Source of the DNA: Candidatus Thorarchaeota archaeon
Lineage (GTDB): Archaea; Asgardarchaeota; Thorarchaeia; Thorarchaeales; Thorarchaeaceae
NCBI GenBank assembly: GCA_016839605.1
Contig: JAEOTX010000249.1
Span: 1 to 15,215 of the forward strand
Length of the DNA: 15,215 nucleotides
Direction of reading: 5' to 3'
This document shows positions 6,804 to 14,019 of the stretch, piece after piece (position 1 is the stretch's first letter; every line of letters begins with the position of its first letter). Both the position numbers and the translations under genes were made by a program. The notes under the pieces are model-generated. The model was not told where the DNA came from and did no database searches. It saw only the letters and a program-made list of their open reading frames with translations.

Positions 6804-7850
6804 CTAGAAGAATTTCAAGCGTGATGTGCCCTCGCCCATCCATCGCACTCCTTGAATATTCAGGTCTGCATTGCACTTGGGACATCGCCCTTGGTCGTTC
6901 AAATGGTTCTTCTTCAAATATACTGCGTAGCGTTCTATTGCTTTGAATCCACATTCTGGACAGTATGTGTTTTCATAGTCATGCCCACCAATATTTCCAG
7001 AATAGACAAACGTCAGTCCAGCTTCTTTCGCAATCTTGATGTGCTTCTCCAACATTCTTGCTGGAGTCCGTGGTAGACCTGTGATTTTAAATGTGGGAGA
7101 AAATGCTATAATGTGAAGAGGAGTCCGAGGGCCAAGATTTTCCACAACCCACTCTGCCAATGTTCCAGTATCATCCCCATGATCACCGATCTCTGGAATG
7201 ATCAAATTCGTGATTTCAATAAAGATGCCCTTCTCTTTCATGCGAACCATTGAATTGTATATTGGCTCAGATTTCGGAACATCCATGTATCGCTGCATGA
7301 ACTCCTTGTTCGCACTTCCTTTGAGGTTTATAGATGCCGCATCAAGGAACGGTGCAATGTAATCAACTGCTTCTGGAGTCATGTAACCGTTCGTGACGAA
7401 GGTGTTGAACATACCTTTCGAATTTGCTATCTTTGCAGTGTCATGCGCAATCTCCATGAAGATTGTTGGCTCTGTGTATGTGTACGTTATTCCAGCACAC
7501 TCAGTCTGTTGAGCCTGAGTCACGATTGCTTCAGGACTCATTTGACGACCTACTGGATTCTCTCTGTGGGAGGAGTGATAGTTCAGACAAAATTGACATC
7601 TAAAGTTGCATGATGAAGTGCTTATTGAAAACGTTCTAGAACCAGGTGCGAAATGAAATAATGGCTTCTTCTCAATTGGATCAGCAGCCATTCCATCAAT
7701 AAGCCCATAAACAGAGGTGTATAGCTTGGATTCTTTCAGGCTCCTAACTCTGCAGAAGCCAGTCTCACCCTCATGTATGACACACCTGCGGGCACACAAA
7801 TCGCATCTGACGCCTTTTTTTAAGCTGGAATAAAGCACGGCCTCTTTCAT
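6804..7850 (-). CDS. amrS: AmmeMemoRadiSam system radical SAM enzyme (PFL-activating-enzyme-like)
   Basis: MKEA start; CDLCARRC..GFCRVR; DPIEKKPLFHF; CNFRCQFC; YTYTEP; VTNGY; EITNLIIP; VYSGN..ENTYCPECG; CPKC. Start reassigned to ATG 7850. Confidence 0.92.
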   Translation of the reverse strand: MKEAVLYSSLKKGVRCDLCARRCVIHEGETGFCRVRSLKESKLYTSVYGLIDGMAADPIEKKPLFHFAPGSRTFSISTSSCNFRCQFCLNYHSSHRENPVGRQMSPEAIVTQAQQTECAGITYTYTEPTIFMEIAHDTAKIANSKGMFNTFVTNGYMTPEAVDYIAPFLDAASINLKGSANKEFMQRYMDVPKSEPIYNSMVRMKEKGIFIEITNLIIPEIGDHGDDTGTLAEWVVENLGPRTPLHIIAFSPTFKITGLPRTPARMLEKHIKIAKEAGLTFVYSGNIGGHDYENTYCPECGFKAIERYAVYLKKNHLNDQGRCPKCNADLNIQGVRWMGEGTSRLKFF

Positions 7851-7946
7851 ATTCAGGCTATCGTTCCCGCTGGCTCTTATTCGTCTTATGGTGCGTAATC
7901 GCAAAAGGGCGTGTGAAGATTAAAATGAGATTACATCTTATTACAG

Positions 7947-8399
7947 ATGGTTTCTCTCATGAGAGCGCCGAAGAATCTAGAAACACTCAGCGGTCTGTTT
8001 GGATCTGTGACAGATAGAACTAGACCATTTCTTAATCGGTGTTCTGAAACGAAGTATCTAGCTGTGACAGATTTCAGCAAAGCCACTGACCAGTATTTTG
8101 CGTTAGCTAAGCAAGCATTAGAAGGTCCTGAGAAGAAGATTGCTTCAGAAAGGAAATGTAAGGAGCAGTATCATGCCGTGAAGAGTGCCCTTGAGTCAGG
8201 CCAGCTCGGCCCTGAACTTGTTGATGCTCTCCAGTGTCTTAGGAGAACGTATGTACAGAATATTTTGAGGCCGGCAATGCAGGATTATATGAACAGTTCA
8301 GGAACTTCAACTAGAGTGGAGAAACTCTATGAGTGTGTACTACAGATAGATGGTCTTTTGGAAGTGGTCCAGTTCTTCGGAAAAGTACAGAAGGCTTAG
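7947..8399 (+). CDS. Hypothetical, predicted all-helical protein
   Basis: 150-aa ORF filling the gap between two minus-strand genes. AT-rich TATA-like ATTAAAA (7919-7925) lies about 25 nt upstream of the ATG, as expected for a leaderless transcript. No recognisable motif. Confidence 0.65.
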   Translation: MVSLMRAPKNLETLSGLFGSVTDRTRPFLNRCSETKYLAVTDFSKATDQYFALAKQALEGPEKKIASERKCKEQYHAVKSALESGQLGPELVDALQCLRRTYVQNILRPAMQDYMNSSGTSTRVEKLYECVLQIDGLLEVVQFFGKVQKA

Positions 8400-8403
8400 A
8401 CTA

Positions 8404-9861
8404 TCACTCCTCTTCTTCTTCCAGCACTACTAGCATTTTGTCCAAAACTATAGTCTGTCCGTCAGCCTCTATCCTTGCGATTCCCAGCTTCTGGTAATCC
8501 TCAACCCATTTTCTGACAATTGGTTGAGAAACACCTAATGCACTTGCTATCGCTTTCACAGACATCTCAGTATTTTCTTCGACCATCAAGAACCCCTTTG
8601 TCTTGTCGGTCGCTTCCATCAGACCGAGATATCCATCTAGACGAAACTCAGTGTATCGCAAACGTGCCAGGGTTTTGTTGTGATCTGTCTTCAGCCTTTC
8701 AAGAGTCGCGTTAATCCGTTCATGCTCGCTTTGGAGACGTTCCAGCTCCCGCATCTTATCTCCCGATTCGTAAGACCGAAGACGGCCCCGAAGATCATCG
8801 ACCTCAAGTAGTTGTTCCCTTGTGGCATCAATCTGAGTCTGTAGTCCAGTTACTTGAGCCTTCAAGTCACCAATCTCAATTTCCTTCTTCGCAACCATTC
8901 CTCTTTGTTCAGCAGAAGCCTTCTCTGCAAAATTAGCTCGGCTCTCTTCTTCACCTACTTTCTTTGTGAGAAGGTCACGTTCAGTATCAAGAGATTTCAC
9001 CTTTTGCCGGAGATCAACTAGGACATCTGCGTCAACTTGAGGGGTTGCCTTCATTTTTGCAATTGTCTCCTCAAGCAAGTCTTCTTTGGCCTTTGCTTCG
9101 ATGAAGTCACTCTGAACTCGAGCTATTTCCTCTTCCCTGTTCTTCAGACGCTCCTCGGCTACTCCTAGATCACGCGTGAGCTCTTCGACTTGTCGATCCA
9201 GCTCCTTAACTCTGTTAGTGAGTTCTACTGAAGTGATTTCTTTGGGTTTCATTAGTAGCTCTTTGGAGAGAAACTCAAGCTCGGTGGTTGCTCTCTGCGT
9301 GAAACCATCCACGCTTGTCTTTAGTGTGCCCATTTCTTCGAAGGTAGTCTTCATGGAACCCTTGAGACCTTCAGTGATATCCTTCACTTTCTCCATTACA
9401 GGTGCAGACATTCCAGTTGTGAGAGTTTCCTCGACCTTCTCAAACTCTTCATCAACTATGGACTTGACCTCGGTCTCAACATAAGAGGCCTGCATGTTGG
9501 TCTTAGCTCTACGTTTGCTCCTTCCAATAATAGTCGTTCTGAGGTTTACCAGATTCCCCTTCAGTCCGACCAAAAAGGAGAGGACAACAGGAACAAGGTC
9601 ACGTTCAACCCTGTCAACAGTTGCATCAACATTCATCATGTTACGTTCAAGGAGGACAAGACTATCTCTGAGTCTCTCCGCACTCCGTTCAATTTCCAAA
9701 CGACGACGAACCTGTTCTGCAGACTCGACCATGAATACGTCAGTCTGCAACCGTCCTGAGTCGATGAGTTCCTTCTTCAGACTATCATCGACACCGAGTT
9801 CCTCCAGCAATTCGTCGACCACTCCCGTTCGGTCGGGGGAGTCCTTAGGATCTTTGCTCAT
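8404..9861 (-). CDS. Long coiled-coil protein with C-terminal winged helix-turn-helix domain
   Basis: Extensive heptad-rich helical sequence, then KTKGFLMVEENTEMSVKAIASALGVSQPIVRKWVEDYQKLGIARIEADGQTIVL and an EEEEE tail. RBS-like AGGTGAGTGAGGT upstream (9868-9880, minus). No Walker motifs. Confidence 0.8.
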   Translation of the reverse strand: MSKDPKDSPDRTGVVDELLEELGVDDSLKKELIDSGRLQTDVFMVESAEQVRRRLEIERSAERLRDSLVLLERNMMNVDATVDRVERDLVPVVLSFLVGLKGNLVNLRTTIIGRSKRRAKTNMQASYVETEVKSIVDEEFEKVEETLTTGMSAPVMEKVKDITEGLKGSMKTTFEEMGTLKTSVDGFTQRATTELEFLSKELLMKPKEITSVELTNRVKELDRQVEELTRDLGVAEERLKNREEEIARVQSDFIEAKAKEDLLEETIAKMKATPQVDADVLVDLRQKVKSLDTERDLLTKKVGEEESRANFAEKASAEQRGMVAKKEIEIGDLKAQVTGLQTQIDATREQLLEVDDLRGRLRSYESGDKMRELERLQSEHERINATLERLKTDHNKTLARLRYTEFRLDGYLGLMEATDKTKGFLMVEENTEMSVKAIASALGVSQPIVRKWVEDYQKLGIARIEADGQTIVLDKMLVVLEEEEE

Positions 9862-9973
9862 AAGCGAACCTCACTCACCTATCACTCGTCGAGGCAATAG
9901 GTCAGGAGTAGCAGACAACACATAAATCTATTCGCAGTAGGAACGACTTGTTCCAATTAAGTGAGGCAGGGTA

Positions 9974-10810
9974 GTGAGACTGCGAATAGAGATGCAAGCT
10001 GACGTACTAAATCGGGGTAGATCCAAGATTCACAACGGACGACTGATTTGGCATCTCTTTACAGACATGGACAATCAATTCGTAGAGATGATTGATGTCT
10101 TTCCTCCTGCACGCGTGATGCAACGGGCAGAAAAGAACATCGTTGCAATCATGAAGGTTCCTGAAATAAGTCCAGGAGAAGCCTTCTCACCCACTGCAAT
10201 CCTACGGATTGATACAACATCCAGAGATTGGTTAATCAAACAGCAAAGAATCCCGGAGTCAGTAAGAAAATCAACAATTGGAATGTATAGCTCGATGCAG
10301 AAGTACTGGGAAATTGACAACCCAGTAATTCAATCCCTATCTCAAAGCATCGCTGAGAAGAGTGACGGGGATTTTACATTTGGCAAGCTTGCTTTTCAGG
10401 TGGTTCGAGAGCAAGTGAAACTGAAGACTCATCTTGATGAGAGGAGAGGCGCGGCCAGAGCAGCCGTAGAAAAGGAGGGGGATTGTGATGAACATGCAGA
10501 CCTATTCATCGCACTCACTAGAGCTGTAAACATTCCCTCCAGAAGAGTAATCGGTCATTTCTTCAAAGGGAAACCCGAGCCAGAGCCACATGCATGGTGT
10601 GAGATTTTCCTTGAGGATAATGGATGGGTGCCGGTGGACCCCGCCCTGGGTCGTTTTGGTGTTCTCAGTGAGAATTACTTCTCTCGAATTCGAGAGGGAC
10701 TTGTATCACAAAGACCCACAATTCAACTAAAAACGAGCAACTTAGACTCGGGATTGTTAAGCATCGAAGAGAATGTGACAATGGCGATTGTTAGAAACAA
10801 TCATGCTTAG
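9974..10810 (+). CDS. Transglutaminase-like (Cys-His-Asp triad) protein
   Basis: GDCDEHADLFIALTRAVNIPSRRVIG...HAWCEIF...GWVPVDP. GAGG RBS before the GTG start. No signal peptide evident. Confidence 0.9.
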   Translation: MRLRIEMQADVLNRGRSKIHNGRLIWHLFTDMDNQFVEMIDVFPPARVMQRAEKNIVAIMKVPEISPGEAFSPTAILRIDTTSRDWLIKQQRIPESVRKSTIGMYSSMQKYWEIDNPVIQSLSQSIAEKSDGDFTFGKLAFQVVREQVKLKTHLDERRGAARAAVEKEGDCDEHADLFIALTRAVNIPSRRVIGHFFKGKPEPEPHAWCEIFLEDNGWVPVDPALGRFGVLSENYFSRIREGLVSQRPTIQLKTSNLDSGLLSIEENVTMAIVRNNHA

Positions 10811-11538
10811 AAGCCAGAAATCTTCCCAGACTCCAATAGGGTCACAAACATTTCAGCGCCGAATTCCCAGCATCCATGTGTATCAAAGATGCAGCATCGA
10901 ATTTTAGGCAGAAGCGGAGCATCGAACGCGCTTCTAAGGGTTCCAGCAAGATGATGAGCCATCATCTCGCCATAAGCCGCGATTTGTGGCATTACTTCTA
11001 AGAATCGATTACCAATGGATCGCATAGGACCTGGTTTGTAATCGCATACTTCAACGGTATCACCCACAAACCGAAGCAGGTCTATATGTCCGGAGAGACG
11101 ATATCGGTCAGACCACACGGGGACTTCGATGGCAATTGTATTAGGATCACGAAACAGAAACTCTCTCACTATCTTATGGTCAGCATTGTAAGACAAATCA
11201 TTAGTTGCCCGATGGTAATCCCTTAGCTTGTCGACGAGGTCACTATCGATGAAACGCTTCACTGAGCCAGTACGGAAAAAACGGTTTCTCAACGCTGCCT
11301 TTTTGGCAGCATTCATTTTCGGTAGTTTGAGTGAGGATGCTCTAGCATAGAATGGATCTGAGAATGGTTCAGATGGAACTTTGCCTGAGGTGATAGTTAT
11401 CATATGAGCCCATAGTGAAGCGAGATCCCCCTCATGTTTTCCGAGCCGTTCATGGTGCGTCTTATTCCATTGAAAGCCATAAGCAACCTTTCCATGCTTG
11501 AACTCACGTCGCGCGATATCAGGCTCCCTAGATGACAT
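10807..11538 (-). CDS. PD-(D/E)xK nuclease, RecB/AddB-like motif set
   Basis: H..V..F...IAIEVPVW...LSGHIDLL...VCDYKP...QIAAY contains the E, GxxD, DYK and QxxxY motifs. GGTGA RBS upstream. Stop overlaps the convergent gene by 4 nt. Confidence 0.8.
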   Translation of the reverse strand: MSSREPDIARREFKHGKVAYGFQWNKTHHERLGKHEGDLASLWAHMITITSGKVPSEPFSDPFYARASSLKLPKMNAAKKAALRNRFFRTGSVKRFIDSDLVDKLRDYHRATNDLSYNADHKIVREFLFRDPNTIAIEVPVWSDRYRLSGHIDLLRFVGDTVEVCDYKPGPMRSIGNRFLEVMPQIAAYGEMMAHHLAGTLRSAFDAPLLPKIRCCIFDTHGCWEFGAEMFVTLLESGKISGF

Positions 11539-11607
11539 GACTCACCGAATTACAGCTAGTGCTCAATCTTTTTAATTCACCGAACTCATAGTATTTCGGG
11601 GACTAAG

Positions 11608-11904
11608 ATGACGTATTCGTTTATTGTGTTCTACCGATTCCAACTCATGGATGAGGAAAAGGCAAAGAAGGCCAAGAAATTCTGGACAATCTTCTCAAAG
11701 GATGATTGGCCAAGCGACATTAAAATCGTGGGGGACTATCGTCATGCATGGGGAAGTGACTGGAGTGGGTTTCTATTCATTGAAGTCGAAAATCCAGAAC
11801 GCTTCTTCGAGTTCTGGCCGAAGTTCCGTGATAAGACTCGATTCTATCTAGAAAACACGCGTACCATCATCGGCGTCAAGAGAGAAACAGATGAACGGCT
11901 ATAG
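11608..11904 (+). CDS. Small ferredoxin-like / dimeric alpha+beta barrel protein (DUF3303/GYD-like)
   Basis: beta-alpha-beta-beta-alpha-beta pattern: FIVFYRF / helix / IKIVGDY / WSGFLFIEVEN / helix / TRTIIG. TTTTTAAT at 11569-11576 is a candidate TATA shared with the divergent gene. Confidence 0.55.
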   Translation: MTYSFIVFYRFQLMDEEKAKKAKKFWTIFSKDDWPSDIKIVGDYRHAWGSDWSGFLFIEVENPERFFEFWPKFRDKTRFYLENTRTIIGVKRETDERL

Positions 11905-11938
11905 CCGCAGCTAATATGAGTGAAGCAGAGCGAGGACC

Positions 11939-11961
11939 GGGAGGGCCGCCTAGGCCCACCC
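11939..11961. terminator. GC-rich hairpin between convergent genes
   Basis: GGG-A-GGGCC-gccta-GGCCC-A-CCC lies between the stops at 11904 (+) and 11966 (-). There is no U-tract, so terminator function is uncertain. Confidence 0.4.
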
Positions 11962-11965
11962 AGAA

Positions 11966-12724
11966 TTAGCCATGGTTTAGAGCGGCGTCCTCCATCAATC
12001 CTACAATCCATTTGAGATCCTTCTCTGCGATGCCCTCGCCACTACGATAGATCATCAACGAACCAAGATCTGCATTGACGGTAGTTGTATGCTGTGCGCC
12101 ACTCGGATATGGAAACGTGCCACGGAAGCGCGAAATCTCTCCTCTATACTTACGAGTGTATAGGCCTATCTCTGCTTCATTCTTGATAGATACGCCACGG
12201 AACTCAGCCTGGGTGAGATTGCCCCTCTCCACGCCAGATAGCATGACGGATGCGATATCAGTGGCCTCCCCATATATCGATTTCATGCCTTCAGAATTGA
12301 GATTTAGAGGTGTAAGCTTAGCGCCTGTATGTTCCTCCATTAACATTCGGAACTTTCTTGCGATACGCTCTGATCCTCTGACTTCGACAGTGCGTTTTCC
12401 AGTCTTGACAAACACTTGCGCTTTGCTTACGCTTATGTAGTGCACGGGCTCCAATCTGCCACCTGTGCCATAGGTCAGAATAGGCACTTTGAACCCTGCA
12501 ATGATTTCTCCCTGAACAGTCTTCCCTGTTGCACTAACTTTGGAGAATCCTGCTCCAGCATGTTTCTTGCTCTTAGGTGCATACTTGACCTTTTTTAGTG
12601 CTGTCGCGATCTGAGCAGCATTGCTCTTGGTCCCTTCGTATTTGTAGAGCTTTACCGAAAGTCCCACGCCTGTGGGTCTCAGTAATTCCGGCTTCTTCTT
12701 TTTCTTCTTCGTTGTCTTGCTCAA
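11966..12724 (-). CDS. Hypothetical strongly basic alpha/beta protein with N-terminal poly-Lys tract
   Basis: 252-aa ORF with TTG start, beginning MSKTTKKKKKKP and Lys/Arg-rich throughout. TATA-like TTTATATT on the minus strand at 12811-12818. Confidence 0.7.
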   Translation of the reverse strand: MSKTTKKKKKKPELLRPTGVGLSVKLYKYEGTKSNAAQIATALKKVKYAPKSKKHAGAGFSKVSATGKTVQGEIIAGFKVPILTYGTGGRLEPVHYISVSKAQVFVKTGKRTVEVRGSERIARKFRMLMEEHTGAKLTPLNLNSEGMKSIYGEATDIASVMLSGVERGNLTQAEFRGVSIKNEAEIGLYTRKYRGEISRFRGTFPYPSGAQHTTTVNADLGSLMIYRSGEGIAEKDLKWIVGLMEDAALNHG

Positions 12725-12893
12725 GATGTCTCAACTCGGTGTGTTTCATGTTCTCCGAGGTATCAGTGTCAACTGACCTTCGTTTCCGATGGAAATAAGG
12801 GTATGGATTCAATATAAAGAGAACATCAAATCCAGACAATAGCAGCGTGTAGCTGGAGCAATACGTACATACTAATCCGGGTATGAAATCGGA

Positions 12894-12952
12894 CCCCTCC
12901 AAGAAATAGGCCTCGATATGCTATTTCTTATTTGGCGCCAAATAGGGAGAGG
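12894..12952. repeat. Adjacent inverted repeats: 9-bp IR plus 16-bp perfect palindrome inside a purine/pyrimidine closing stem
   Basis: AAGAAATAG (12901-12909) / CTATTTCTT (12921-12929); TATTTGGCGCCAAATA (12929-12944); CCCCTCC (12894-12900) can pair with GGAGAGG (12946-12952) with one mismatch. Confidence 0.6.
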
Positions 12953-13411
12953 TCAGTCAGAATCGCCAATAATATTCAGGATTAACCCGTGTGCTCGAGG
13001 TTTGTCTGATACGAAGGGGACGAATGTCTTTGAGCGTGCCTCTTTGATGCAATCCTCTAGTGAATCAGGATCGCGGCACCAGATGAGATGGTCTCTTCTT
13101 GCCAGCTCCCCAATCAACTGTGCTTGATGTCCTTCCATCAGAGTAGTGTTCTCAACTACAACCAGTCGTTTTCCTTTTGTCACACATTCAATGGTTGTAC
13201 CTGCTCCCCCCGTACTCACAATGATATCAGCTGCTTCGTAAGCCCTGTTGAGTGACTTGATGAATCGAAAGAATCGCATATTTCTTGGTTCATACTGTCC
13301 TCGACCAATCTGAGCCACAACAGTCTCTTTGATGATTCCATCTCTAACCAGCTTGTCCATTACCTTCACGAGTGGGTCAAACATGGCAGTGCCAACTGTA
13401 AGAAAAATCAC
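12953..13411 (-). CDS. alg13: Alg13-like glycosyltransferase subunit (GT28 C-terminal / PssE-like)
   Basis: IFLTVGT.FDPLVK..D.L...VVAQIG...ADIIVSTGGAGT...LVVV...HQAQL. The GTG start overlaps the alg14 stop (GTGA, 13408-13411), which suggests translational coupling. Confidence 0.85.
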   Translation of the reverse strand: MIFLTVGTAMFDPLVKVMDKLVRDGIIKETVVAQIGRGQYEPRNMRFFRFIKSLNRAYEAADIIVSTGGAGTTIECVTKGKRLVVVENTTLMEGHQAQLIGELARRDHLIWCRDPDSLEDCIKEARSKTFVPFVSDKPRAHGLILNIIGDSD

Positions 13412-13890
13412 AGAAGCTGACCTCCATAGACCGCCTCTGGGATCCTATCGGCAAGATCAGGCCATTGAACCAGAAAGAGGTCAGTCTTTCCTCTTAGCAG
13501 TCTTCCAGTAATCGAAAGAGACTCCACTCTTGACATGCTCTCAATGAATACTGTCTTGATGCCTAGGAGACGCGCAGCATAGAACACTGGCACAGTGAGA
13601 CCAGTCCCGCAACTCACTACAACAACTGGGCGATACAAGACAAAGTAGATGATAGAGGCTATCAATGTGAATAGAGTGCGGATCACTGACAAGATGCGAG
13701 AGTCCTGAGGTAGTAGTCTCGGTGCAAAGACACGCCGTATCTTACCTTTGATGCGAATCTTCGTCGGAGTTAGACGATCTAAGAATCCAATCAAATAGAG
13801 ATAGCTAAATCGGTCACCAAGAAGGTCGACGAGGGCGAATGTCTGCGCTGTGTGACCGCCACGACCTAAGACAACAGCTATTCTCTTCAT
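13408..13890 (-). CDS. alg14: Alg14-like glycosyltransferase subunit (PssD/CpsF-like)
   Basis: VVLGRGGHT...RPVVVVSCGTG..VP...VFIESMSRVESLSITGRLL...FLVQWPDL...YGG. Start reassigned to ATG 13890 (MKRIAVV). Confidence 0.88.
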   Translation of the reverse strand: MKRIAVVLGRGGHTAQTFALVDLLGDRFSYLYLIGFLDRLTPTKIRIKGKIRRVFAPRLLPQDSRILSVIRTLFTLIASIIYFVLYRPVVVVSCGTGLTVPVFYAARLLGIKTVFIESMSRVESLSITGRLLRGKTDLFLVQWPDLADRIPEAVYGGQLL

Positions 13891-14019
13891 TCCGACGTCA
13901 CGCACATCTAGTGATTTCTGCAATGCTAGATAAAGAGTTCTCGATGGCTAGATTCCAAGTGGAAGACAAACGCTGACTACTTAAAGCAGATTTAACCCAC
14001 CGTGCTTCGAGGGAATCCT

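Noticed and set aside
6793-6954. N-terminal extensions in the ORF track (also 5853-5912, 7851-7904, 2765-2833, 13891-13923)
   Set aside because: They overlap neighbouring genes or promoter regions. Downstream starts have RBS/TATA support or coincide with family N-termini.
8404-9861. SMC/Rad50 or chemoreceptor call for the long coiled-coil protein
   Set aside because: No Walker A/B or signature motif, no hinge or zinc hook, and no MCP hairpin motif.
10807-11538. Cas4 / CRISPR locus
   Set aside because: No Fe-S cysteine pattern, no cas neighbours and no repeat-spacer array anywhere in the window.
11580-11599. CCGAA/TTCGG inverted repeat in the divergent promoter
   Set aside because: Only 5 bp, which is expected by chance.
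12725-12952. tRNA, SECIS element or small CDS (12573..12902) in the largest intergenic gap
   Set aside because: No T-loop/D-loop cloverleaf consensus. No SECIS core is recognisable, and the upstream genes are full-length with no internal UGA. The ORF overlaps the 252-aa gene out of frame and has no motif.
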